A stretch of DNA of 64,000 nucleotides from Neocallimastix sp. 'constans' (GCA_050613775.1 JBODTK010000106.1:248001-312000); one strand, 5' to 3'; numbered from the stretch's first letter, positions 1 to 22,941 are shown. Numbers and translations are program-made. The notes: generated from the sequence alone by a model not told the origin.

Positions 1-213
1 ATAAAGATATGGATATATATAAGCATTGTTTATAATTGCATCATATATAATAATATGTAATAGATAGAGATATTATTTATAATTTTAAATATTATATAAT
101 AAAACATAATAATATAATAAAGCATTAAAATAAATATTTAGTTTTAATATTTTTTATTACTAATATAATATTAGCAATTAATCTATATTATTAAAATTAA
201 ATATATATATTAC

Positions 214-803
214 CTTTGTGGTGGGGGTTGTTGATAATTTCTATTTCCTTGGTTAACTTGAAATTGTCCATCAGTACCACGAAATGGTGTTTGGGATTTT
301 GAATTTAAACTAAAATTATTTAAATCATCATATTTTGGTTCATGATTTACAGATAATGAATTTGGTGAACCATATGTCTGTGGGCCATGACGAGGTGAAA
401 TAAATGGTGCAGTGACACTATTTTGTAAATTGTACTGAACAGGTCCATTATGTGGTGAAGTAAATTGGGAAGGTCCATATGTTGGAGAAGAAAATTGGGA
501 AGGTCCATTAGTTAGTGATGAAAACTGATTTGAAGAATTTGAATATGTAGGTGATATTGGACCATTATGTGGTGAACTATATGGACTTGAATATACTGGG
601 GCAGATGGACCACGATATGGCGAAGTATATGGACTTGTATTAATTGGTGAAGTAGTATTATGATAAGAGGAATTCATTGGTGATGGATTACCAGGAGGTA
701 CTATTGGGGGATAATACGATAAACCTCCATTATTATTTCTTATTTTTGGTGAAACGAGTGGAGGGCTTTTATAATTTTGTCTTGGTGGTAGTTGTGGATT
801 CAT
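214..803 (-). CDS. First coding exon of a Pro/Ser/Asn-rich protein (gene continues beyond the left edge); function unknown
   Basis: ATG at 803-801 (MNPQLPPRQNY...); GC-enriched open frame with repeated SPY/SPxYGP motifs; ends at AAG|GTAATA donor (213). No recognisable domain in this exon. Confidence 0.7.
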
Positions 804-1370
804 TTTCTTTATTTTTCTCAAATTATTTAATTATTTTAAACAAAAATTTTATTTGTTTAATTTTGTAATAATAGAATAGTTTTTGATATATATATATATA
901 AATATATTCTATTTAATTCTATCCTTTGTTTTTTTTCTTTTTCTTCTTCTTATATTATAAAATGATTAAATATTAAAAATAATTTTCCTTATTAAATATT
1001 ATATACAAAATTATGATTTACTGAAATTTATTTGATTTTTTTTTTTTTTTTTTAAATTTCGGCTCGATGTCACTTTTCTTAATTATATATATTACATAAC
1101 ATCCTATTCAATTTCTGAATGAAATTGATTAATTTTTTATATTTATAAATATATTATTCTTATGACTAATAATTTTTTATAAATAATAAAAATACTAAAA
1201 AGTTTGACTATATTAATAAAAATATATAAATAATTTTAGAGAATTAGTTATATGCTTTTTTATTTAATTTTATATTTAATATTTTTTTTTTTCATTAATA
1301 TTTTTATAATATTTAAATTTTGATTTTGAACATCATTTTCTTCTATTTCATTTTAAAACAAACAAAAATA

Positions 1371-1403
<33 letters not shown>

Positions 1404-2621
1404 TAAAATAAAATTTAATTCAATTTCATATTATTTAATATTATAATATATATATTATAATAATTATTATGATTATTATGATTATTATTATATTTACTTT
1501 TTGAAAATAATATTTACATTAGTTGATTTATATGTGTGATATTTTTCTTTAATTTAATAAAATTTCAATCTTCTAATCAATAAACCCAAGAATTTATTTT
1601 ATAATATTTTATATTAACAATAAAATTAATTATATAAGATCTACATTTTATAAACTGATTAAAAGAAATATTTTTATTTAATTTGTATAAACTGATTAAA
1701 AGAAATACTTTTATTGAAGTTTTACAATATACAGTTGTTACTTTTTTTCTTAAATATTTATAGTCGATAATATTTAATTTATTAATTTATTATTTACTGA
1801 AATAATAAATAGTCAGTCAATAATACTATTTAAAGTGTATACTAAAATGTAATCAAGTTCATTATCTTTTTTCTATTCTCCTATTACCTTTGAATTGACT
1901 TTATAAAAATAAGAATAAAATATATAAAATATATATATATTAAAAACAAAAATACATACTATATCTTTTATTTAATTTATAAATGATTATTTTTTCATCA
2001 ATAAAAAAAAAAAAACTTAAAAAACAAATTTTTTTTATCGAAAAATAAAAACTTTATAATTATTATTTTTCTCTCTAAATAGTTTAATCATAGAATATTA
2101 ATTATAATATTAATATATAATAATAATCACTAATGGAAAAAAAAAAAAAAAATTAGGGAAAAAATAATTCATAAATTGACATATAATATAAAAAAAAAAT
2201 AATTTAAAATAATTTAAAAAATATTACATAATAAATTAATAATATAATTAATTTAATTCGTAATTATTAATATTGTAAATATTATTGATTATTGTAACGA
2301 ATAATAATAAAAACAAAAACACATGTAGAAAAAAAAAAAAAAAAATACAAACTAATACAAATTAAGTATTTAATTTATATATATAGTTTATTTCAATATA
2401 TTGATAATAAAAAAATAATATATGTATAAAAGTTTTTATAAAATTTTATTGAAATAATTATTAATTATTATTATGATAAATTTATTTTTAATTTAAATTA
2501 ATTTATTTTTATGTTTTGTGTTATTTTTAAAAAAAAAAAAAGGTTTTTTATATATTTGTTTATTTATTTTAATTAATTAATTAATTATTTTATTTATTTA
2601 TTTATTTATTTATTTATGTAT

Positions 2622-2696
<75 letters not shown>

Positions 2697-4443
2697 CGAA
2701 ATAAAAAATATATTAATTAAAGTTTATTATTTACTCTATTAATTATTAATTTAAATGCTTCAAGAACAAATAAAAATGAGGTTTACTATTTTTAACATTT
2801 TGAGAATAGTAATACATTAATTATATACATATATTAATACTTTATTGATAATATATACCTTTTTAAATATTCATATAGGAAAATATTCATATAGGAAAAT
2901 GGAATAAAACTTTCAGTTTTTACTGTTTTTAAAATTATAATCGTTAAGCTTTCATTTATTTAATTACATTTGCAGTAAATAATTTCAGTTACAAATTATT
3001 ATTATCTTTATTCATTTATTATGTACAAAAAAATAACTAATTAAAAAGATAATAAAAGTTCAATATTATTAGAGATAATTATTAATCCTTTCTTTTTTAA
3101 AAAAAAAAAAATACCGTTATTAGGATCTTGAATTTTTTTATTAACACTTTTTATTTATTATATTGTTCATATTAAAAAGTAAAATAGTTTTTTTAATATC
3201 TTTCCTCAATAATTCATATACACTTAATTAGATAATAATTATACATTGAATTAATAATTTCTAATATTAAATTATATATTAAAATGTATTGATATCAATT
3301 GAAATATATTAAAATAAGGTTACACTACTATTAAAAAATGAGTTATCAAAATTGTATCACCATAATTCTCATCTTTATATAAAAATTATTATAAATTAAT
3401 AAATTTGATAGTAAATATAAAAGTAATATATATTATATATTGATTTTTAACAAAATATAATAATAAATTTAAAATCAACATATATTGATTTTTAACTTAA
3501 CCTCAAAACGATATAATTCATAAATCGATTATCATCATACAATTAAAAAAATGAAAATTCTCTTTATTAAAATATTTATTTATTAATAATTATAATTATA
3601 TTTTTATCATTTATAATAAAAAAATAACAAATACAAAAAATAGTATATTTAATAATTATGCTTTATTATAAATAAATACAATTTTTTTATAATAACTTTT
3701 TAAATAATGTATAATTAACAATAATTTTGATTTTTAATATTTAAATAATATTATTTTATATTATATAATTTTTAGAAATAATTGATAATAGTATTATTTT
3801 TTATAATAATACATTTTTTCTAATTAAATATTATAAAAAATTAATTATTATTATAAAAAAATCAACTAATATAGTAAATTAATAATATTACTATTAGATA
3901 TTACTCATAAAATAAAAAATTATAATAAATAGTTTACAATATATTAAAAATAAAAAATAATAATAAATAGTAAACAATAAATTAGAAATAAAAAATATTT
4001 ACAGTTTAATAAAATATATATATTAAATAATAGCTTTATTTTATATTCATGATTCAAAATTAATTTTATCAAAACTCTTTATTATCAGATTGAAGTATTT
4101 TTTTTTATATTAGAATATGATATAATAAATCTATTTTATAATTTCATTTTATATAACTTAATAATATACTTTTTAATTTTATTTTAAATTTTATTTTAAA
4201 TTTTATTTTAAATTTTATTTTAAATTTTTATTTTAAATTTTTATTTTAAATTTTATTTTAAATTTTTATTTAAAATTTTTTTAATTTTTTTTAGATTTTT
4301 TTTATGTTGAAATTAATTACATTATAATACAATAATGTATCAGTAATTGTATAAAAAATGATTGATTAATGCAAAATTTAAAATTAGAAAAATAAAATAA
4401 ATTATTTTTTTTTTTATTATTAATTTAAATAATACAAAAAAAA

Positions 4444-12106
<7,663 letters not shown>

Positions 12107-12303
12107 AAAGATTAAAGGGGCTAAAAAAAATTTTATTTATTTATTTTTATTTTTATTTTATTATTAATGAAAACACCAATAGAAAAAAAAAACAAATATA
12201 TATATATATATATAATTTTTTTTTTTTTATCTTCTTTCTTTTCATAATATAAGACTCTCATTTCTCTCTTTTTTTCTTTTTTTATTTATACATTTATACT
12301 TTA

Positions 12304-12353
<50 letters not shown>

Positions 12354-12438
12354 AAATAAGACTTTTATTTTTTTTTTTTTGTAAAGTATAAATAAAAAAA
12401 AAAAAGATTTTATTTTTTAATATTATTATTTTTAAATG

Positions 12439-12480
<42 letters not shown>

Positions 12481-15400
12481 TATATACAAAAATGTATATC
12501 TGATTAATAATGAAATAGAGCATAATTATTATTATTTTTTTTATTATTATTATTTATTTCAAATTTTTCCTATTTCATTTTCCTATTTATTATAAAGAAA
12601 TAATTTAAATTTAGTAAAAAAAAAAAAATAAAAAAAAATAAAAAAAGAAAAAAAGCAATAATAATAATAATAATAAAGATTAAATAATACTTTCTTTTAT
12701 GTTTTTTGTTTTTTAGTAATGGTTTATATATATATACATAATATTTAATATTTAAATTTTATTTTTGTTTTTGTTTTTGTTTTTGTTTGAATAAACAAAG
12801 ATAATCGATAGACTTTTTTTTTTTTTTTTTTTTTATTAAAATAATATTTTTTAGATAAATTTTTAAAAATTATTAAAAAATGGTTAAAAAAAAAAATGTA
12901 TTCTTAGTATTAAAATGAAAAAAAATAAAAAAAAAAATAAATGAAAAAAATATATAAATATATATATAATAAAAATCTATATTATAAATATCTCTACATA
13001 AAGATATATTATTATTATTATTTTTGTTGTTATTTATTTTTAATAATTATAATTTATATTCTAAATACTATGGAATTGATAAAATTCATCAATTTTTTTT
13101 TTTTTTTAAATAAAATAAAACCTTTTTTAGTATTTACAGATTTTAAATAATAATAATAATAATAATAATCCAATAATTAGTTTTTTATTAGTGGATATTT
13201 TTAAAAACTAATATATAAATATTAACTATATTTTCTTCCATTATGATTATCTATTTTTTTTTATCATACATTTTAATTATATATACAAAAAATATTTTTT
13301 TTTCTTTTTTCTTTTTAATAATGATGATATAGGTTAATATTTAGTGAGAGAATATAGTTTAAAAGTTTATTCATAAATAAATATAAAAATAAAAAATATA
13401 TTTAAAAATATATATAAATACAAGTATATATACAGATATATATTTTATCTTAAACCTTCTGCTTTAACACAAAGTGTGTATTTATTTTATATATTAATAT
13501 ATAAAACATATATATTTTTTTTATACTTTTTTTTTTTTTTTTCTACATCTAATAATTATTTACTAAACAATGAAAAAGGACAAATTTAATAATACTATTA
13601 ATTAATATTTGAATTAAATTTCCTTTTTTAGAAGTTACTCATTGATTTAATAAAAATTATATATATACATATTTTTTTTTTTTTTTGATATATAAATTTT
13701 ACATAATTAATAATATAATTTATATATAATTTATTTAAAATTCAAAAAAAATATATATAGGCATATAATCAATACATAAATAAATATATTAATTATAATA
13801 ATTCAATAGATATTAAAAAAAATTTTTTTTATTTTTATTAAATTTATTTTTATTAAATGTTACACTAAAAACCAATTAAAAATTTTTTTCTTTTTTGTAA
13901 TAATTATTTAAAAAAAAAAAAAAAAAAAAAAAACAATTCAATGTTTTTTATCACAAATAAAAAAAAAAAAATTACATAATATATAATATATAAAATATAT
14001 TATATATTATATGTGTAAATATTTTTAATCAAATAACGTTAAATAAATTCAAAACAATTGAAGTAATAATCAAGTAATAAAAGTAATAATAATTACAAAA
14101 AAAAATTTCCTTAATAAGTAAATTTTAAATGTTATTAAATTTACATATATATTAATGATTATTAATTTATATACAAAATTTAAAAAAAAAATATATATAT
14201 ATAAAAATAATAATATTATTAATACTAAAATTTAAATATTTTTTTTTTTTGGTTATATATATTAAAAATGATAATATTAATATAATAAATTTCATGATAT
14301 TTTAACAATGAAATAATTTAATATTATGAAAAAAAATAATAAAAATAATTCTCCACTTATAATATTGTCTTAATAGAATATTTATTTATTATTATTTTTT
14401 TATAATTTCTGCTATTAACTCTATTATTATTATTATTATTATAATTATTAATTATAACTTCATTTTTTTTTTATTACACCCATGATAAAATAATTAAAAA
14501 AAATTTTATAAACAAAAAATATTTATGATGATTTGAAATACAGAAAAAAAATAGAAAAAGTTTTATATAACAGTAGTTATTTTCCAAAGTGATATATCTA
14601 AAATTAAAATTATTTTTATTTATTTATTTATTTATTATATTTTGATTATTATTATTATTATAATTATTATTATAATTATTTTTATTATTATTATTATTTT
14701 ATAATATAATTAATAAATAATTATGATCAATAATTTTTAATAGTATCCCATTTAAATAATATTTACAAAAACAATAAAAAAAAAAAAAGATACATAACAA
14801 TTTTAATTGAAAGAAATAAAAATAATAAATATAATTAAAAAAATTTCAATAGAAGTTAAATATTAAAATTTTTATTTTTTATTTTTATATTTGTATATGT
14901 TTTATTATTAATGCTTTATATGTATTATTTATATCTATTTTATATTATAATAAATAAATAAATAAATAAAAACAAAAATTTTATTTGTTAAAATATGATA
15001 TATATACTTTATGTTCATTATCTATCATATAATTATTTATAAAAAAAAATATAAGAAATTTTTAGGCTAAAACTTTTTTTTTCTTATCATTATTTATTTA
15101 TAATTTATAAAATTATATAAAATATTAAATATAATTTTTAATAAAACTATGATTACTAAAATATATATATATTTAAAGTAACTATAATTATTAAATATTA
15201 TTGATTTAAAAAATTAAAATTTACTTCTTATAAAATATTATAATTAATATTAGACTATTCTTTTTTTTTTTTTTTTTTAATTCCAAATATAATTTTCTAT
15301 AATATATAAAATATTATAATTAATATTAACCTTTTTTTTCTTTTTCTAATTCCAAATATAATTTTCTATTAATAAATAAAATGAATTATTTTATCCGTAA

Positions 15401-16847
15401 TAATAAATTAAAATGTACATCAAATTACAGGGTCTCTTTTTAAATTATGAATTATTTATATTAATGTTATCTTTTTTTTTTTTTTTTTTTTTTTTTAATA
15501 ATATATGTTTACTCTTTTAGTATTAATTATGTTTATGAATTTGTATTATAATACACTTTTAATTCAAAAGAAATTCTTTACTTTTTTTTTTCTTTATTTT
15601 ATTTTTTTATTTTTTTATTTTATTTTTTTTTTTTTTAATTATAACCAATATTGTATATAATTAAAATCGATATATATGAATATTTCACTTCCAAATAAAG
15701 CAAAATTTTGCTTCAAAATCTAATAAAGATTAATGAATAAATAATATTTATTAAAAAAAAAAAAATTAAAGAAAAAAAATTAAAAAAAAAAAAAAAAAAA
15801 GTTATTTAATTATTCTTTGTATTATATTTATAAATATTAAATTAATCTAATTATTGTTAATATTATAATTATAATTATTATTATTATTATTATTATTAAA
15901 TCATTATTATAATTTTCTTTATGTTTATTTATTAGTATTATAACTTTTTTTTTTTTTTTAATTTTTAATCTAGTATTATTGATTGAAAAAATGATAGAAA
16001 TATATTAGATTGTAAAATAAATGAATATTGTTAAGTCTTAAAATCAATACTACTATTCCTATCATTATTTTTTTTTCATGTTTATTATGTTTCATTATAA
16101 TATTATTTATTATTATTATATTATTATTATGATAAGTTTCTTTTTTTTTATTATAATTTTTTATGATTATTATTAATATTATAATTAAAATCAATATTAT
16201 TTTTTTTATTATTATTTTTATTATTATTTTTATTATTATTATAACTTTTCATTTTGTTACTATGATAGTTTATTGTTATTATTATTATTATTGATAGCAT
16301 GATAAATAATAATATATAAACCTTGTTATTCTTGAAAATAATATTTATTTATAATAAAATATCTATATATAATTACTAATAAATAATTACACACAATGAA
16401 GTTAACATAAATACATATTAATTTAACGTTAAAATATCACAATTTAAATATTTGAATCTCGTATTTCTAAAATATATATTTCTAAATTGATTTTGGAGTA
16501 TTATTACATATTACATATAAATTCATAAAATAATAATAAATAAAATTTAATGATAATTATTAAGATTTTAATTATTCTTTATAAATTATTATTTATTTAT
16601 TAAGATCTATTATATTATATTTATTAATTATTTATTATTATGATTATCATATTTTTAAATTACTAATATTTTAATATAATTTATTATTACTATTACACTA
16701 TTACTATATTACTTATATTATTAATAATCAGGATATCTAATAATAAAAAAATAATAATAATATATATATAATTGAAAATTCTGATTTTCAATAATAATAT
16801 TATATATGTAATATTATAATATATTAATATATATCCCTTCTTTTTTT

Positions 16848-16879
<32 letters not shown>

Positions 16880-16959
16880 ATTATTATATATTATATCATT
16901 TATTATTAAGATTAAAATTAAGATTAAAAATTTTTTATTAGTTAATTATCAATTCAAAT

Positions 16960-16998
<39 letters not shown>

Positions 16999-17220
16999 AT
17001 AATAATTAGATTTAATATAAATACTGAAAATTTTAATGACTATCAGTTTACTGAATAATATTAATAATATATATATATATATATATTTAAATTATTACCA
17101 ACGGTGTTTATAATTAATTTAATAATATTATAATTTAATATATATTATTAGAGTACTAAAATTTAAAAATAACATTAAAAATTTTTCATCCTATTCATTA
17201 GTTAATATAACAATATTTAA

Positions 17221-17259
<39 letters not shown>

Positions 17260-17569
17260 TAGTTGCATAAACTAATTAAAATGATTAAAATTAAAATTAT
17301 TATCTATAAAAATTAAATTAAATAAATAATATATTATGGAATAAGATATCATAATATAATATTTTATATTAAGGCATTTACTATTTTCGCAAATAAATAA
17401 TAATCTTCTTTGTTATAGATTTATCACTTTAATTACAATTAAAAGTACATAAATATATAAAATTTAATAAATAGATAAATATATATATAGATATAGAATA
17501 TGATAAACTAATATTATTTTATAAAAACATATTAAAAAAATAAAAAAATTTAAAGAAAAATTATTTATT

Positions 17570-18210
17570 ACAATATCTAATTGTCAACCTCTTTACCTTA
17601 AATCGTTTCAAATTTATGAGATAAAAATAGCTTCATTTGCTACATCTAAACTTAAATCTGTAATTAAAAAAAGAAGAAGGAAAAAGGAATAATTCATTCA
17701 TGTATTAATGAACAAAATGAATCCAGAAATGAAAATTTAAAAGGATCTGAAATACATAATCCAAATGATAATTCTATTTCTAATGATGATTTCTATTTCT
17801 AATGATGATTTCTATTTCTAATGATGATCATAATAAAAATTATAATGATAACATTGAATTTGAAAGTGATGATATTGAATATAAATAGTAATAATAATGA
17901 TAATATAGGAAATTTTGAGAAAAAGAAAAAATTAAAAGAATATTTCTCAAGAAAAATTAGTAAATAAAAAAAATATATATATATATATATTAATAAAGAT
18001 AATCCTGAAAGAGTGATAACATTTAGTAACGAAAAAGGTCATATTAATAAAAGAAGTATATAAACTTTTCCATGAAAACTGATGTACAAATATTATTATT
18101 AATTAATTGTATCTAAATCCTAATAACTTAATACATTTTCAACACTAAATTAAAACCATTAACATCAGGAAAAGAAGGGATTAAAAAAATTGATTCGGAG
18201 TGTGTCTTTT
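17570..18210 (+). pseudogene. Possible decayed coding or transposon remnant with an internal 19-bp tandem triplication
   Basis: Locally higher complexity, short codon-like stretches (e.g. SCINEQNESRNENLKGSEIHNPNDNSISNDD) broken by stops; (CTATTTCTAATGATGATTT) x~3 at ~17774-17828. No family recognised. Confidence 0.25.
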
Positions 18211-18286
18211 CTAAATATATAATTTAAAAAATAAAATAAAATAAAGTACATTGAAATATATACATTATTATTATTATTACTATTAC

Positions 18287-18322
<36 letters not shown>

Positions 18323-19120
18323 TACTATTATTACTATTACTATTATTATTATTATTACTATGTGATATTATAATGTGTCCAAACTTTGGAAAAAAAAAAG
18401 TAATAGAACTATAAATATTTTAGTGTTCATTTTATATAATAAAAATTAATTTTTTAAAAAAAAAAAAAAAAAAAAAGGTTTATATAATTAATTTGTACTT
18501 TCATTATTCTATATTTAGAAATAAATAGTAATTAATTAATTAATTAATTATTAATAATAATAATAAAATTAAAAGAATTTCTCTATATTAATAATTTCTA
18601 ACTCTGGATATAATTAAATAATAACAATAATAATAATAATAGTAAATAAATAAATAAAATACTTTTAAACGATAAAAACGATGGAAATTTGTTATGTTTC
18701 CCATCTCTACCTATTATATACTAAATAAAAATTAAAATAAAAGAAAATAATTAAACCTATTAAATAAAATATACTTGTTTTATAATATCTGACTTTAATT
18801 TTCAATTTCAATTTTTTTAATAATACTAATCTTTAAAGATTAATTAGGGAACCTAAACTTAAAATTCTAATAAATCATATTAAACTTAATATTCCTATTA
18901 TGCACGTCAATTATATTTATTATTATCCAATTTTAATGGCTAATTAAGAACATTTTCTATAGAACTATCTTTATAATTTCATTTATTCTAATTCTCCAAA
19001 TTAAATTAAAATAATTTCCCATAACCAATTATTTTTATATAAAGTATTTAATATTTCTAGTAATTACATTTTAAAGTTTTCTTATAACTTTATTACTATA
19101 ATTTTCCACTATTTAACTAA

Positions 19121-19432
19121 TTTTTTTTTTTTTTTAGACTGGGAAGAACAATAGGGTTTCCAGTCTCTCCCTTAAATGTATCAGATTCTCATTGGATTCT
19201 TCACTATACTGTTTCGACGTCGACGCAGACCCACTTTCTAAGCAAGGTTAATATGAAAAGACATTCCTCTCACAGATCAAGTGCTCTCTACACAACCAAT
19301 TATTTAATCCAGCAACAGGAATACTTATCCATATGGTGAACAAACATCCAATTTCATTTATAAAGAAAGATACCCAGGGAGGATGAAAATTGCTCCCATA
19401 TAAATTTAGGAGGTGGTTGCCGATCGACCCAT
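19121..19432 (-). mobile_element. Short poly(A) retroposon (SINE or 5'-truncated LINE tail), family A copy 1
   Basis: GC-rich island with T15 at the left (poly(A) on the minus strand), terminal hairpin AGACTGG...CCAGTCT (19136-19166), and clear homology to 30104-30380. Confidence 0.7.
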
Positions 19433-19766
19433 AAAAACTGAATAAACATAAATTTTAATTATTTTTCAAAATTTATAATAAATAATAAAAAAAAATAATA
19501 ATAAAAAAATAAAAAAATAAAAAAAATAAAAATAATAGCAATAAAAAAAATAATATAAAAATAATAAAAAAAAAAAATAAAAAATAAAAATATAAGAAAA
19601 ACAGAAATAGAAATAGATAAAGAAATAAAAATATAATTTAATACTGTTAAAGATTACATGTAAATATCATATGTTTCAATAAAGTTTAAGTTTTAATATT
19701 TGTTATTTATTAATATTAATTATTAACTATTTAAAATATAAATCACGCTTTTTAAAAAAAATAAAA

Positions 19767-19805
<39 letters not shown>

Positions 19806-19939
19806 AATAAACTATATCATTTAATTCAGATTTTATTATATATCTTTTATCCGTATTTTCCATTAAAAAATAATAGTTTAATGAATATTAATAATATTAA
19901 AATAATTATATTAATAAATATGTAAATATATTTAAAAGA

Positions 19940-20306
19940 AATGTAATATATTATTATTATTTATTATTTATTATTTGTTTATTATTTATTTATTATTTGT
20001 TTATTATTTATTTATTTATTGTTTATTATTTATTATTTATTATTTATTATTTATTATTTGTTTATTATTTGTTTATTATTTGTTTATTATTTGTTTATTA
20101 TTTGTTTATTTATTTATTTATTTATTATTTATTATTTATTTATTATTTATTATTTATTATTTATTATTTATTATTTATTATTTATTATTTATTATTAATT
20201 ATTTATTATTTATTTATTATTTATTATTTATTATTTATTATTTATTATTTATTATTTATTATTTATTATTTATTATTTATTATTTATTATTTATTATTTA
20301 TTATTT
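19940..20306. repeat. (TTTATTA)n-type heptamer microsatellite
   Basis: Direct reading; similar tract at ~21690-22135. Source of spurious YYLLFII ORFs. Confidence 0.9.
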
Positions 20307-21589
20307 ATATGAAAAAAAAATTTTTTTTTTCTTTCCTTAATATTGTTTTTCATGTGTATTTAAAAATTATATTAGAATAAAAAGATTAAGTATTTAACAA
20401 AATATATGAATATATATATATTAAATTTTTACAGTTCTCAATGGTGACACCCAATTTAAGCTATCTATTAAATATTTATATATATTTTTAAAGAATAATT
20501 TAATAGTATGATTATTTATTTTTTAATTATTTACTATAACATTTCAATTATAAAGATATTGATCATATTCATATTAAGAAATTAACTTAAATATGACAAA
20601 TTTAATGACCATCGTTTTTATACCGTAAAACCTCATCGAATAGGTTAAAACAATATCCTAATTTTAATTCTAATTCTAAAAAAAAATTAATAAATAAAAA
20701 TAATAAAAATTATTATATCAATAATAATAATAATTTTAATGTTTTTTTTTTTTTTTTTTTTTGAAGACAGATTAATAATGTTAAATATAGAAAAAAAAAA
20801 ATAGATAAATAATAAATAAATGAATGAATATTTAAAAAAAAAATTTTTTTTAGTAGATCATAAAAAAATAAGAAAAAGTAATCCAAAAATTATAATAATA
20901 GCAATAAAATAATTACATTTTTTTATACTTTATAAAAAAAATAGTTAAGTAAAATAGTATATTTATTATTTATTATTAATTATTAATTATTAATTATTAA
21001 TTAATAATAATAACTAATAAATAAAAAGGTTAATTATAATTTTATTTTATTATATTCAAAAAATATAAAATTAAACATTAATATTTTTTTTTCCTTATTT
21101 GTATTTTATGAAATGGATTAGTAAATAAAAAAAATAAATTAAAAAAATTTATATTATATGTAAATATTTACATATAAAAAGTATTTAAATATAGATATAT
21201 TATCTTTTTTTTATTAATCAAATTTTATTTTTATAAAAAAAAATAATAAAAAAAAAAGTGAAAATATATATATTTTTACATAAAAAATGATTGTATTTTT
21301 TATAATTAAATATATAATTAAAGATATGTTTTTATATTACATATATCTTTAATAATTATTATTATTTTATAAGTAATCATTAATTTATCCAAAAATGAAT
21401 ATTTTAATAAAATATTTTTTAGATATTTTTTGATATTTTTTATAAAAAAAATAATACAAATAAAACTATAATTTTATATACTAATAAGTAATAAGATAAA
21501 AGAAAAAGGAAAAAAATTATATATTCTGTGAAAATAATTAATCATTTTATCATTCTATTATTATTATAATAATTCTCTTGAGTCTTTTA

Positions 21590-21633
<44 letters not shown>

Positions 21634-22380
21634 TAATATTTTTAAATTTATAAAAAAAATATTATTAGTATTATTATTTTTTTTATTATTTATTATTTAT
21701 TATTCAGTATATTTTATTATTTATTATTTATTATTTATTATTTACTATTTACTATTTACTATTTATTTATTATTTATTATTAATTATTTATTATATATTA
21801 TTTATTATTTATTATTTATTTATTATTTATTATTTATTTATTATTTATTATTTATTATTTATTATATTTATTGTTTATTTATTATTTATTTATTATTTAT
21901 TTATTGTTTATTGTTTATTATTTATTTTTTATTATTTATTATTTTTTATTTATTACTTATTATTTATTATTTATTATTTATTATTTATTATTTATTATTT
22001 ATTATTTATTATTTATTATTCATTATTTATTATTTATTATTTATTATTTATTATTTATTATTTATTATTTATTATTTATTATTTATTATTTATTATTTAT
22101 TACTTATTCTATTATTTATTATTTATTATTTATTAGTTATTAGTTATTAATTAGTTATTAATTATTATCTAAAATATATCTATATATTTATACATATTTT
22201 AGAAAATTGTATAAACAAAAATAATATATTCTCAATTTCACTATGTATCAATCACAGTGAATATAAATAAATTAAATGTTTCAAAAATAGAAGTAAAAAA
22301 AAAAAAAAAAAGTTTATTGAATAATATATAATCAATTGTATATATTATTTTATTATATAGGATATTATTCTATATAACTT

Positions 22381-22941
22381 TTTTTTTTTTTTTTTTTTTT
22401 TTTAACGACCGTAGCAGGATTTCTCCCCAGCTGTACATCTTGTAGACACACAATGGTTTATAACTAGAGCCCTTATCTAACTTCCTACTTTAGTAGGTGG
22501 TCCCGTCCCTGCTGGACTGCCTTACAGTTACTCTGCATTGGCGCTCCTTACCCAAGTATAATTACTGCTTGTCATTGTACGATAATCTTACAATTGGGTC
22601 TTGCAGCCACAATCTCCGGGATCACGTGACAACCGCTCCATAACATACCTATAAGTAAGGATAACTAAATTTTCATATGTCACCATATGTTGGGTATCTC
22701 CTCTTAAGAAACTTTGCCATACACACTCAACCCTCTCAGGCCTGCAAGAAGTGTAAATCGATGAAAGTTGAATTAGAGATATAGGGGGTATCAAATGGGT
22801 ATAATACTTACCTGAAAACCCTAACCACCTAATAACGAAAAACCAGTGGAAAAAACGCTATAGGCATAGGGAGGGGTCGAACCAGGAACCCTATGCTCTC
22901 AAAGCTTACGCCTTAACAGCCAGGATAAAACCTGGAACGGC
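22381..22941 (-). mobile_element. tRNA-headed SINE, ~560 bp, with poly(A) tail and 13-bp target-site duplication
   Basis: TSD TTCTATATAACTT at 22368-22380 and 22942-22954; T-run to 22403. The minus-strand 5' end has an A-box-like TGGCTGTTAAGG (22922-22911), an anticodon-arm-like TAAGC-TTTGAGA-GCATA and a B-box GGTTCGACCCC (22883-22873). Confidence 0.85.

Noticed and set aside
22410..22525. Group I intron Q/S-like words in retroposon tails
   Set aside because: Only vague similarity, no P7 pairing seen, and poly(A) plus TSD indicate retroposition.
22588..22794. 68-aa ORF inside the SINE (and 46080-46286)
   Set aside because: Chance ORFs in GC-richer non-coding elements; no recognisable protein motifs.
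22866..22941. Functional tRNA gene
   Set aside because: No acceptor-stem pairing, mismatched arms, and it is embedded in a TSD-flanked poly(A) element; treated as a SINE head.
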